Shown: in pieces, positions 1 through 12,664 of the stretch | Layout: each line of letters opens with the position of its first letter | How positions within the stretch are numbered: the first letter of the stretch is position 1 | Assembly (NCBI RefSeq): GCF_963921235.1 | Contig: NC_086101.1 | Coordinates: 9,240,001 to 9,304,000 of the forward strand | Direction: 5' to 3' | Length of the DNA stretch: 64,000 nt | From: Mobula hypostoma | Lineage: Eukaryota | The notes under the pieces: generated by a model | Database searches by the model: none | What the model was told of the DNA's origin: nothing | Seen by the model: the letters and a program-made list of their open reading frames with translations, nothing else | Position numbers and translations under genes: made by a program

Positions 1-234
1 CCTTTTGGGCTACTGAAAGTTTAAACTAGGACCTCACTCTCTGGTGTCTTTCATTGATCGAATCCATCTTGACTCTGAGCATGTGTTTCTCTGTGTCTGT
101 AACTGTCCTTGTAAAAAGTAAACACGCTGCAGAGAAATCATAACATCGATTGTCCATCAAATAACCCCGCCCTCGGTCACCATGGCGACCCACGAGCTGC
201 TCATTGCTCCCTCTCTCTCTCTCTCTCTTTTTAA

Positions 235-465
235 AGGTAGAGTCCATAAGAGATAATTCAAGATCCCGTCATACAAATCCCATTGCATCTCTGTATTTTG
301 AATCCTTTCCCCATCCAAATAATAGTCTGCCTGTTTATTCTTCCACCAATGTGCATGACCATACACGTTCCAACATTGCATTTCATTTGCCATTTCTTTG
401 CCCATTCCCCTAAACTATCAAAGTCTCTCTGCAGTCTCTCTGTTTCCTCAACACTACCTGCTCTC
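235..465 (-). mobile_element. CR1-clade LINE RT C-terminal fragment
   Basis: ORF 258..488 contains RLQRDFDSLGEWAKKWQMKCNVGTCMVMH, the same CR1 segment as at 9180-9280 and 62440-62520. Confidence 0.8.
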
Positions 466-1788
466 GGAGGAGCTGACCAACCCCTCAAAGCAATTCATCA
501 CAGTGGATGTGAGCTACTGGACAGTAGCAGGTTAGACAGCATCAATAACCGGTCAACGTTCGGACCAAGACTCCATAAAAAATGGAGAATGGGGAAGAAG
601 CGAGAATATGGTAGCTCGTGGGGCGGGTTGGGAGGGGAGGGAAGGAGTAAAAACTGGCAGGTGAAAGGTGAGACAAAATGAGATGGGCGTGTGGTTGGGG
701 GAGGCGGTGAATATGAAGCTGGGCAGGTGGAAGAGTTAAAGGGCCGAAGAGGATTGTGATGGGAGTGCACAGTGGACCCATCCCCCCGCCCCTAGAGGCA
801 GCCACACTGGAGGGTCATCTCAGCTGTGTCTCCACCGGGTTGAGCCGAATCCAACTTGACAACAATGTGCAGAATGGTCACTCATCGCCCTGTTGTGGTG
901 ACTGATGCTGAGATATATCCCAGGATGCGCTGGAGCCCGTCATCAGTAATGTAACCTGCGGTCATCGGGTGTTTTGGGTCTTTCAGGTGACCCAGTCAAG
1001 GACAGTCAGGCCCTGGCTTGTGTCCTTGCATCATGGGTCCACGGTTCATGCCTCTTAAACCGTACACATCTGGAGGCTCACTCAGCAGCCTCTGAGATGG
1101 CCCTGACAGCTCTTTTCTTCGCAGCCCCCGTAATTTCAAGGAAAAAGGTAGTTCAGCATAGCGAGAGGCAGCAAAACAGATACAACCCACCTCTATATGC
1201 TCACATCATTTCATCCACCCGTCTCTCTACCAGCTCCTGGCATTTGGCTTTCATACATTCAAACCAGATTTCTGTCCCAAGAGAGTGGAAAGGGAAATAC
1301 AAGTAGAGCGAACAATAGTAACTGGGTGAGATCAGAGGAAGCTATTTTTGGCACTGGGAATCTGGTCAAAAAAACGCACCAGCACCTCTTCCTCCTCAGG
1401 AGGCCAGAGAAATTCGTCATGTACCTTCATGTCAAGGGTATTGTCATCTGACTGTACATATATACAACCAAATGAAACATCATTCCTCCAGACCACGGTG
1501 CACTAATATAACATACCTCAGTATATTTTTATTTATTTGAACAATTTATCTTCTTCTGCACATTGCTTTTTTGTCAGTCTTTCTTTATGTAGAGTTTTCC
1601 TGAATTCTATTTTTTTCTTAATTTTCTTGTAAATGCCGGCATAAAAATGAATCTCAAGTTTGTACATATAGGTATTTTAAAATAAATTTTACTGAACACT
1701 CAGTAGTGTTACAGAGGACAACAGGGAGCCATCCCCAACATCCAAGCCAATGTCTATCACAAAAACAACACAGAGCAAAAGAGCCATT

Positions 1789-4700
1789 TTAGAACATAGA
1801 ACATAGAACTACAATGTCATGCTGACCGTGTAACCTACTCTAGAAACTGCCTATAATCTCCCTACTACAAAGTCCTCTGTTTTTCTAAGCTACATGAACC
1901 AATCTAAGAGTCTCTTAAGAGACCCTATTGTATCCACCTCTACCACCATCACTTGCAGTACATTCCACGTACCCACCACTCTGTGTGTAAAGCTGACATC
2001 CCCCTTGTACCTACTTCCAAGCACCTTAAAAATATGCCTCCTTAGGTTCGCCATTTCGACCCTGGAAATAAGCCTCTGGCTATCTACAAAATCAATGCCT
2101 TTCATCATCTTATACACCTCTATCAGGTCTCCTCTCATCCTCCGTTGCTCCAAGGAGAAAAGGCCAAGTTCACAATGTATCCTCATAAGACATGCTGCCC
2201 AATCCAGGCAACATCCTTGTAAATCCCCTCTGCACTCTCTGTATAGTATCCACATCCATCCTGTAGTGAGGTGACCAAAACTGAACACAGTACCCAAGTG
2301 GGATCTGACAAAGGTCTTATACAGCTCTAACATTACCTCACAGTTATGTTTAATTTTGAAACTTAATAAAAAGAAAAGAAAGAAAAAAATGTCTCATTGT
2401 AACCTCTGAGAACCCTCCAGACTACCCATAACACCCCCAACATTTGTGTCATCAACAAACTTACTAACTCACCATTCTACTTCTTCATCCAGGTCATTTA
2501 TAAAAATCAGAAGAGGAGGGGTCCTGGAACAGATCACTGCTGAATATCACTAGTTACCGACCTCCATGTTGAATATGAACCATCTACAACCACCTGTGGG
2601 CAAGCTAATTCTGGATCCACAAAGCAAGTTATTCTTTGATCCCATGCCTCCTTACTTTCTGAATGGGCCTTACATGGGGAACGTTATTAAATGTCTCACT
2701 GAAATCCATATACACTAAATCCACTGCTCTACCTTCATCAATGTGTTTTGTTACTTTCACAAAGGTTTCAATCAGGCTTGTATGGCATGACCTCTCCTTG
2801 ACAAAACCATGCTAACTATCCCTCCAAATGCTCTCTCCAAATGCTTAGAAATCTTGCCCCTCAGGATCTTCTCCAACAATTTGCCCACGACTGAGATAAG
2901 ACTCACTGGTTTATAATTTCCTGGGCTAAATCTTCTTCCTTTCCTGAACAGGGGAACAACATTTGCAAGCCTCCAATCCGCTGATACTTCTCCCCTCCTT
3001 TTTGATGATGCAAAGATCATGGTCAGAGGCTCAGCAATCTCCTTCTTCACTTCCTACAGTAGGCTGGGGTATATCTCATCCGGACCCAGCGAATTATCTA
3101 ACTTAATGCTTTCCCAAAGCTTCGGTAAATCCTCTTTCTTAATGTCTATATGCTCAAGTGTTTCAGTCCACTGTAAGTCATCCCCACAATTGCCAAGGTC
3201 CTTTTCCCTGGTGAATACTGAAGCAATGTGTTCATTAGTACCTCCACTACCTCCTCCAATTCCATGCACATGTTTACTAATGTTGCACCTGCTTGGTCCT
3301 ATTCTCACATGGTTCATCCTCTTTCTCTTCATGTACTTGTAGAATGCCTTGTGGTTTTCCTGAACCCTGCTTGCCTAGCCCTTCTCATGGCCGCTTCTTG
3401 CTGTCCAAGTTTCAATAAACTCCTTCCTAGCAACTGTGTAATTTTCTAAAGCTTTAACAGTACCTAGTTTCTTGAACCTTTCATAAGCTTTTCTCTTCTT
3501 CTTAACTAGATTTTCTACATCCTTTGTACAACATATTTTTTACTCTACCTCAATGGAACATACCTCTGCAGAACGCCTAATATTTGCCACATTTGTGCCA
3601 TGCATTTTCCTGAGAACATCTGCTCCCAATTTAAGCGCCCAAGGTTTTGCTTAATAGCACCATATTTCCCCTACCCTAATGAAATGTTTTCCCAAATAGT
3701 AGGCTCCTATCCTACTCCATATGGTAAAGGAGATAGAACTGTGATCACTTCTAAAATTCTCTCCCACAGAAAGATCTGACACCTGACTAGGTTCATTTCC
3801 CAATACCAGATCGAGACCAGCATCTCCTCTAGTTGGCTTATCTACATATTGCGTCAGGAAACCTTCCTGAGCACACCTGACAAACTGCACCAATTCTAAA
3901 CCCCTTGCTCGAACGAGTTGCCAGTCAATATCAGAAAAGTTAAAATCACCCATCATAGCATCCATATTATTATTCCTCCGTTCCATAATTTGCCTCCCTG
4001 TCTGCTCCTCGATGTCTCTGTTACAATTGGGTGGTTTATAAAAAACACCTTTTAGAGTTATTGCCCCCTTCCTGTTTCTGACTTTCATCCACAATGAATC
4101 AATAGACAATCCCTCCATGACTTCCCCCTTTTCTGCAGCCGTGTACTATCCTTCATTAGCAATGCCACACTCACTCCTCTTTTTGTCTCCCTCTCTGTTC
4201 TTTTTGAAACATCTAAAGCCTAGCACACTCAGTAGACATTCCTTCCCCTGAGACATCCAAGTCTCTGTAATGACCACATCATAGTTACACATATTGATCC
4301 ATGCTCTAAGTTCATCCGCCTTGCTTATGATAATCCTTGCCTTAAGTTAGACATATCTCAGACTATCTCGCTGAGTACATCTTTGCTCTGTCAACTGTCT
4401 GTCCTTCCTCACAAACTCCCCACAGACTGTCTCTACTTGTGTGCCAACCACCCCATCCTCTGCCTCTTCACTTCGGTCCCCACACCTCTGCAAATCTAGT
4501 TTAAATCCTCACCAATAGCATTAGCAAACCTGCCTCGCAGGATATTGGTTCCCCTCCAGTTCAGGTGCAACCTGTCCCACTTGTACAGGTCACCCCTTCC
4601 CCAAAAATGGTTCCAATGATCCAAGAACTTGAAACCCTGCCCTGCATCATCTCCTCAGCCACTCATTCATCTGCACTATCTTCTTGTTCCAGCTTGTTGC

Positions 4701-5500
4701 ACCAGGAGTAATCACCATGGAAGCCCTGCTCTTCAGCATCCTTCCTAACTCCCTAAAGTAAATGCACAGGACATCTACCCGTCTCCTGTCTATGTCATTG
4801 GTACCTATACGTACTGTGACCTCTGGCTTCTCACCCCGCGCACAATCACCCGCCCCCCCCAAAGAATATTCTGCAACCGCTCAGAGACATACTCGACCTT
4901 AGCACCCAGGAGGCAATACACTATCCTGATGTCTCTTTTGCTGCTGCAGAATCTCCGATCTGTCCGCATGACTATTGCTCTGTTTGACTTCACCCTGTCC
5001 TTCTGAGTCTCAAAGCTGACCACTGTGCTATAGGTCTGGCTGCTGCTGCCTTGCCCAGATAGGTCCTCCCCCTCAGCAATATCCACAGGGGTCTACCTGT
5101 TGCTGGGGGGAATGGCCACAGGGAGACCCTGCACTGACTGCTTTCTCCCTTTACCTCTCTAGGTGTTCACCTATCTACTCCCTGAATTTTGTACTCTGGG
5201 TGTAACCACCTGCTCAAATGTCTTATCTATCAATTGCTCTGCCTCCCGGATTTTCCTTAGTTCATCTGACTCCAGCTCCAGCTCCTTAATGTGGTCTTTC
5301 AGGAGCTGGAGTCGGCTGCACTTCCTGCAAGTGTAGTCATCAGGGAGACAATCAGGTGCCATGGATTCCCACATCCCACAGGAGGTACATTCCACTGCCA
5401 TATCTACCCTGCAGTGTACTATGGGCAACCGAGACCAAATCGGCGATAACAAAAGGAAAAACCTACCCTTCTTACCTGTTTCCTTGGCCTAAGCCTCTTC
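1789..5500 (-). mobile_element. Near full-length degenerate CR1 LINE (ORF1 Zn-finger + SGNH esterase, ORF2 APE-RT)
   Basis: TAGAACA tandem tail at 1789-1809; RT pieces (NYKPVSLISVVGKLLE, GPDEIYP); APE piece (GDFN..SDH); ORF1 pieces MAVECTSCGMWE..CRKC and IGTND; many stops and frameshifts. Confidence 0.9.
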
Positions 5501-5870
5501 TCATCGAAGATATATTCCAAATAAGAAGAAATTTTCAAAGGGAAGAAGGACACTACTGTGGCTGACAAGTGAAGTCAGAGCCAAAGTAAAAGCAAAAGAG
5601 AGGGCATACAAGGAAGTCAGGGCTAGAGGGAAGATAGAGGATTGAGGAGCTTTTAAAAACTTACAGGAGGAAACTTACAGAAGGTCATCAGGAAAGGAAA
5701 GATGAATTATGAGAGGAAGCTGCTGACTAATATCAAAGAAGATTCTGAAAGCTTTTTAAAGCATATAAAGGGTAAAGGAGACTCGAGGGTAGTTATAGGA
5801 CCATTACAAAATAACACTGGAGATATTGTAACAAGAGATGCAGAAGTGGCAGAGGAACTGAATGTGAAAG
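5500..5870 (+). mobile_element. CR1 ORF2 linker fragment
   Basis: WLTSEVRAKVKAKERAYK-like segment resembling 8050-8350. Confidence 0.65.
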
Positions 5871-6359
5871 AAAAATGTTAAAAAGATTAGCTCTATCTGT
5901 CAGGTGTACATGACATCTGGAAACATTCAGTGAAAGGTGTTCTTTTGTATCAATGACCTAAACAGTCTGTCTGAGGATTGTGCTGGGATCAGCCTGCATG
6001 TGTTGCCACACTCTGGCACCAAAATAGCATGTCCAAACCTTTACCGTACATCTCTGGGTAGACCAGAACATCGATTTCTCTAATGGTTCACTCTTCTTTC
6101 CTATCTGATTTTTTCTTCTTTATCCCCCGTCAGGAGGAAACTAGACTGCACTCCTATTTCATTTTGAATCAGATGCTGAAAGAACCAAAACAAAACTGAA
6201 AATACTTGAAATCTGCAGCAGGACAGGCAACATTTGAATCAATTCTTGGACTTTAACGTGGAATGCAAACTCTGTTCCTCTCCGCAGAGATCCTGACTGA
6301 CCTGTTGTGATTCTCATGCATCTCCTGGATATAAAATGGCTCTAAGACTGAAGATACAG

Positions 6360-9300
6360 TTATAGAATAGGCAGTTCAAGCAGAGTACCCCTGTGGCCAT
6401 TCCCCTCAAAAACAAGAATACCGCTTTGGATACTTTTGGTGGGGGGGGGGGGAGACATCCCGGGTGAATGCCATGGCGACCGGGTTACAGGCACTGAGTA
6501 TGGTTCCATGGTGCAGAGGGGAAGGAGAGAGCAGAAGGGAGTGGTAGTGATAGGGGACTCAATAGTGAGAGGAACAGACAGGAGATTCTGTGGACGTGAA
6601 CGGGACACCCAGATGGTGTGTTGCCTCCCAGAATCCAGGGTCGGGGATGTCACATATAGCGTCCACAACATTTTGGAGAGGGAGGGGGAACAGCCAGATG
6701 TCTTGGTACACATTGTATCAATGACCTAGGAAGGAAAAGCAATGTGGTCTTGAAAAGAGAATTTAGAGACCTAGGTACAAAGCTGAGAAGCAGGACTGCC
6801 CAGGTAGTAATTTCCGGACTGCTGCCTGTGCCAAGCGCTAGTGAGGGTAAAAACAGGATGATTTGGCAGATAAATGCATGGCTGAGAAGCTGGTGGAGGG
6901 GGCAGGGCTTCAGGTTCTTGGATCATTGGGATCTCTTCTGGGGGAGGTATGACCTGTTCAAAAGTGATGGGTTGCACCTGAACCCGAGGGGGACCAATAT
7001 TCTCGTGGGCAGGTTTGTTATAGCTATTGGGGAGGGTTTAAACTAATTTGGCGGGGGTGTGGGAACCGAAGTGAAGGGACTCAGGATGGTAAAAAAGTAA
7101 AGATAGCGTGCAGTCAGACTGTCAGGAAGGGCAGGGAGGTGATGGGATTTAGTTGCAGCCAACAGGCTGAGTATCAAAACATTAGGGATGCAGAATCAGA
7201 AAGGATAGCAAATATGGTACTCAAGTGGTTGTATCTAAATGCGTGTAGTATAGGAAACTAAGTGGATGATCTTGTTGCACTATTACAGATTGCCAGATAT
7301 AATGTTGTGGCCATCACTGAATCGTGGCTGAAGGATGGTTGTAGTTAGGAGCTGAATGTCCAAGGTTACATGTTATATCAGAGGTGTAGGAAGGTATGCA
7401 GAGGGGATGGTGTGGTTCTACTGGTATCTAATGGCATCAAATCAGTAGAAAGATGTCACATAGGATCAGAAGATGTTGAATCCTTTTGGGTTGAGTTAAG
7501 AAACTACAAGGGTAAAAGGACATTAATGACAGTTATATACAGGCCTCCCAACAGTGGCTGGGAGGTGGAACACAGGTTACAACAGGAAATACAAAAGGCA
7601 AGTCAAAAGAACATGCAGGTCGATCGGGAAAATCAGGTTCGATCTCAAGAGAGTGAGTCGATGAAGGCCTAAGAAATGGCTTTTCAGAGCAGTTTGTCAT
7701 AGAGCCTACTAGGGGATCAGCTATACTGGATTGGGTGTAATGTAATGAACCGGAGGCAATTAGGGACCTTAAGGTAAAAGAAACCTTTGAACCAGTGATC
7801 ACAATATGATTGAGTTCAACTTGAAATTTGATAGGGAGACAGTAAAGTCTGATGTAGCAGTATCTGGGTGGAGTAAGGGAAATTACAGTAGTAATTGTAA
7901 TGAAAGATGAGTTGACCATAGGAAATTGGAAGGAAGTGCTGGCAGGGATGTCATCAGAGCAGCAATGGTGTGCATTTCTGGAAAAGGATGGGAAGGTGCA
8001 GGGCATGTTTCTTCCAAAAATGAAGAAATACTTCAATGGTAATTTAGTACAACCATGGCTGACAAGGGAAGTCAAAGCTATTGTAAAAGCAAAAGAAAGA
8101 ACATACAATAAAGCAAAAATTAGTGGGATTGGGAAATTTTTAAAAACCTACAAAGAGCAACTAAAAAAAAACGTGGTAAGGGAAAAGATTAAATATGAAA
8201 GCAAGCTAGTAAATAATGTCAAAGTAGACAGTAAAAACTTTTTCCAAGTATGTTAAAAATAAAAGAAAAATAAGAGTGGATATAGAACCACTAGAGAGTG
8301 AGGCAGGAGGAATAATAATGGGGATCAAGGAGATGGCTGGTGAACTAAATGAGTATTTTGTGTCAGTCTTCACTGGAAGCAGTTACCATTACAAGAGAGA
8401 AGGTGCTCAAAAAACTGAAAGACCTAAAGGTATATAAATCACCCAGACCAAAGAAACTGCACCCTAGGGTTCTGAAAGAGGTAGGTTAGAAATTGTGGTG
8501 GCATTAGAAATGATCTTTCAAAAATCATTGGACTCTGGCATAGTGATAGAGGACGGGAAAACTGCAAATGTCACACCACTCTTGAAGAAAGGAGGAAGGC
8601 AGCAGAAAGGAAATTGTAGACCAGTTAGTCTGACCTAACTGATTCAGAAGTTGTTAGAGTCAATTTTTAAGGACGAGGTGATGGAGTACCTGAGACATAG
8701 GACAAGATAGTACAAAGTCAGCATGGTTTCCTTCGGTGAAAATCCTGCCTGACAGACCTGTTGGAATTAGTCATAGAAAAGTACAGCACAGAAACAGGCC
8801 CTTCAGCCCATTATGTCCATGCCAATTCTTTGAGGCGATTACAAGTAGGATAGATAAAGGGATGCAGTGGATGTGGACTTTCAGAAGACGTTTGACAAGG
8901 TGCCACAGAAGAGGCTGCTTATTAACTTAGAACCCATGTTATTACAGGAAAGTTACTAACATGGTTAAGAGTATTGGCTGATTGGTAGGAGGCAGCAAGT
9001 GGGAATAAAAAGATCCTTTTCTGGTTGCCTCTCAGTGACTAGTGGTGCTCCGCAGGGCTCGGTGTTGGGACCACTTCTTTTTATGCTGTATATAAATAAT
9101 TTGAATGATTAAATAGATGGCTTTGTTGCCCAGTTTGCAGATGCTATGAAGATTGGTGGAGGGGCAGGTAGTGTTGAGGAAACAGGTAGGATGTAGAAGG
9201 ACTTGAACAGATTAGGAGAATGGGCAAGAAAGTGGCAAATGAAATACAATGTTGGAAAATGCATGGTCATGCACTTTGGTAGTAGATAAGTATGAGCAAA

Positions 9301-9970
9301 CTGTTGTGTAAATGGGGGAAAAATTCAAAAATCTAAGATGCAAAGGGACTTGGGAGTCCTTGTGCAGAACACCCTGAAGGTTAACTTGCAGGTTGAGTCG
9401 GTGGTGAGGAAGGCAAATGCCATGTTAGCATTCGTTTCAAGAGGTCTGGAATACAAGAGCAAGGATGTGATGCTGAGACTTTACAAGGCACTAGTGAGGC
9501 CTCACCTTGAATACTGTGACCAGTTTTGGGCCCCTCATCTTAGAAAAGATGCGCTGCCATTGGAGGGGTAGAGAAGAGGAGAGCAGGTTCACAAGTATGG
9601 GGGGGGGGGTGAACTCATTGAAACATTTCGAATGTTGAAAGACCTAGGCAGAGTAGATGTGAAAAGGATATTTCCCATGGTGGGAGAGTCTAGGACAAGA
9701 GGGCACAGCCTCAGGTTAGAAGGGCACCCTGTTAAAACAGACATGCGGAGAAATTTCTTTAGCCAGACGGTGGAGAATTTATGGAACTCGTTGCTACATG
9801 CAGCTGCGAAGGCCCAGTCGTTGGATTCATTTAACGCACAGATTGATGGGTTCTTGATTGGGCATGGCATCAAAGGGAGAAGACTGGGAGAAAGAAAAGG
9901 ATCAGTCATGATTGACTGGCGGAGCAGACTCGATGGGCCAGATGGACCAATTCTACTCCTATGTCATGGT
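6360..9970 (+). mobile_element. Degenerate CR1 LINE (ORF1 esterase, APE, RT, 3' end)
   Basis: VVIGDSIVRG and DGLHLN (SGNH) motifs; YRPPN (APE); YKALVRPHLEYC and RTRGHSL..FFSQ (CR1 C-terminus); internal deletions. Confidence 0.88.
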
Positions 9971-10004
9971 CTATCTGATTCAAAGCAGAGATCCTGACTC
10001 TATT

Positions 10005-10400
10005 TGTCTCATAACAGCTCCTCATGTTCTGCCTGGGCAGCCTGCAACATGGCGGCATAAACATTGAATTCTCAAACTTCTGGTGGTCGCTCCTGCTCTG
10101 TCACTTTCCCTGTTTAATTGTCTCTCTCCTCCTGATTCACCAGCCCCATCACCCTATCACTTCCCCCTCCTCCCCCACCCTCTGTCAGCCCATCACCCAC
10201 AAACTCATCCCCGCCTCTCTCCCTTTATTCCAGGCTCCACTTTCCCCTCTTGTCAGATTCCAGAATCTTCAGCCCTTTGTCACTGACACCTCTCACCTCC
10301 CAGTATCTGACATATTTCCACACTCCACCCCTCCCTCATCTACCTGTCACCCCCTCACCTGGATCCACCCATCATCTGCCCATTTCCCTCCATAGATTTT
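10005..10400 (+). mobile_element. Penelope-like element 3' fragment
   Basis: FCLGSLQHGGINIEFSNF resembles the PLE C-terminus, followed by a pyrimidine-rich 3' region; duplicated at ~42950-43340. Confidence 0.65.
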
Positions 10401-10660
10401 ATCTGACACGCTGGGATACCCAGGTGTTTTGTGTTACGACCACTACATGTCCTGTGTGACCAAGATTCACCCTGACCTCCGTCTCTCAGTCAGCACCACC
10501 ACCACTTGTCCCAGTTACCCTGTCAGTCCGGGTGGACTTTAGCACCCGGGGGAGCCGGGGAGCTCAGGACCCGCCGCCCGTGGCTGCTGCTGAATCCGCG
10601 GTGTTTCTGTTCCGTTGACGGATGCTGTGAATGAGTTAAAATAAATAGATCAATATCCTG

Positions 10661-10666
10661 TTTATT
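10661..10666 (-). promoter_or_regulatory. Probable ancestral poly(A) signal of the TRIM gene (AATAAA)
   Basis: TTTATT on +; removing the L1 at its target duplication places it ~65 nt after the TRIM stop codon; paralogous site at 43583-43588. Confidence 0.55.
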
Positions 10667-10699
10667 ACACGCTCTGCACATTTATATTTACACTGACGT

Positions 10700-12664
10700 A
10701 CTCCTTTTCAATTTTTTATTGATTTCTTACAAAAAGAATACAGAGTACAGGAGGATATACATCATATATCAATTGCAATATATTTGAATCACACTTATAA
10801 TCTCATTACTCCATATTCATGCAAATTAAACTGAATCATAATATTGAAAAGTAGTAATTTTATTATCCAAAAAAAAACCCACAACCAAGAAAAGCAATTT
10901 GGTAAAGAAAGAAAAAAAGAAAAAAAATCCTTATCCTATAGTAAAATATATTATTAGCCAACTTCTGCACTTGATAACAAATCAAAGATTTTGAAAACAA
11001 TTCAAAGAAGGTACACACAACATGAGAAAGCCTTGCCTTGATTCAGAAATTGAACAACGAATCTTCTCTAAATTGAAGTGTGACATAACATCGCGTAGCC
11101 ATTGGGCATGAGTAGGCAGAGCAACATCCCTCCACCTGAGCAACAACGCTCTCCAAGCTATAAGAGAAATAAAAGCCAAAATGTGCAGATCAGGTGTCTC
11201 CAAGGTAATATCTTTTCCTCCAACAATACAGAATATGGCAGTCAAAGGTTTGGTTTAAAATTTACTTTAAAAAGTACAGAAAAAGTTTGAAATACATTCT
11301 TCCAGTATTTTTCAAGACTTGGTCACGTCCTGAACATATGAATTAATGAAGCCTCTCCACTGTTACATCTATCACAATAGGGAGATACATACAAATAAAA
11401 ACGAGATAGCTTATCCTTAGTCATATGACCCCAATGGACCACTTTAAATTGTAGGAGGGAGTGACAGGCACACAACGGTGAGGTATTAACCTATTTAAAA
11501 ATTTCATTCCACGTTTCCTCAGAAATTGAAATCTGTAAATCCAGGAGGAGAAGATGGCAACACGACACAGCGTGCAGCAGCTACTCCGGTGATGAACATC
11601 TGTTATCTGTCAAGTAGGGTGCCGTGCACAATCCTGATTGATGGAGACAGACGTGAGAGCACGGAAGAACATCTGGTTGAACTTCTGAAATGCCTGTTTC
11701 GCTGCCACTGTCGCTGTGTGACCCTGAATCTCGGGAGGGGAAGGCCCCGAGTTGTCGGCTTTGCTTGTTGCTCGGCGGCCAGGGTGGGGTCAAAGCGCTC
11801 GGCAGAGATGGTGCTCGGTGCTCAGTGTCGGAGGCTCGACGTTTTCAGACGGACTCTGAGTCGGCTGTGGTCGGGTGCTTCCAGGGTGCTGCATCAGCAA
11901 GTTTGCGGCGCTGGAGGTTCATGACGGGGAGAGTTTCTCCCTTCTATCGTCTGCGTGAGATAATGGGCTATCGGGACTTTGAGACTTTTTTTTACCGTGC
12001 CCATGGTCTGCTCTTTATCAAATTACGGTATTGCTTTGCACTGTTGTAACTATATGTTATAATTATGTGGTTTTTGTCAGTTTTAGTCTTGGTCTGTCCT
12101 GTGGTTCTGTGATACTGGAGAAAGATTGTATCATTTCTTAATGCATGCATTTCTAAATGACAATAAATGAGGACTGAGTGTCCTCATAATCTAAATAAAT
12201 CTAAATCTAAATAAATCTTGTTCCCAGAGATTTTTAATTTTGTCTAAAGGAACGTTTCTCATTCCCAACAACATACTGTAAATATTAGATATTGATGCAT
12301 TATGAAAAGGTTTCAAATTAAAAATTACATCTAATAAATTCTTATCAGGACTTTCAGGAAATGTGTGCAATTGAGATCACAGAGTCTCTAATTTGTAAAT
12401 ATCAAAAAAGTGGGTTTTTGGTAAGCTATATTTAGCTGACAGCTGCTCAAACGAAAAGAGACATCCTCCAACAAATAAATGCTGGAAGCATTTAATACCC
12501 GGTCTATCCCAATCTTTAAAAATTACATCACTCATAGAAGGTTTAAAAAAATAGAAAAAATGGGATTTGAAATAGAAAATCTCAATAAACCAAAATATTT
12601 TCTAAATTGTACCCAAATCCTCTAAGTATATTTAACTACAAAACGATCATTTAGTTTACTTAAA
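10700..12664 (-). mobile_element. AT-rich L1-clade LINE, 3' part, inserted in the TRIM 3'UTR (copy A)
   Basis: T-rich tail at left; ORF2 C-terminal Cys-rich region (CDRCNSGEASLIHMF..C in copy B); 5' remnant at 15320-15340. Confidence 0.85.
11542..12212 (+). mobile_element. Non-autonomous retroposon/SINE-like repeat nested in the L1
   Basis: Interrupts the L1 at TAAATC; GC-rich 5' end (GGAGGAGAAGATGGC); AATAAA and an (AAATCT)n tail; orthologous copy at ~44468-45135. Confidence 0.65.

Noticed and set aside
974..1306. 110-aa ORF with possible splice sites (987-1147)
   Set aside because: No recognisable domain or partner exons
6436..7046. SGNH esterase as a host gene
   Set aside because: It is the known CR1 ORF1 esterase domain, broken and contiguous with ORF2
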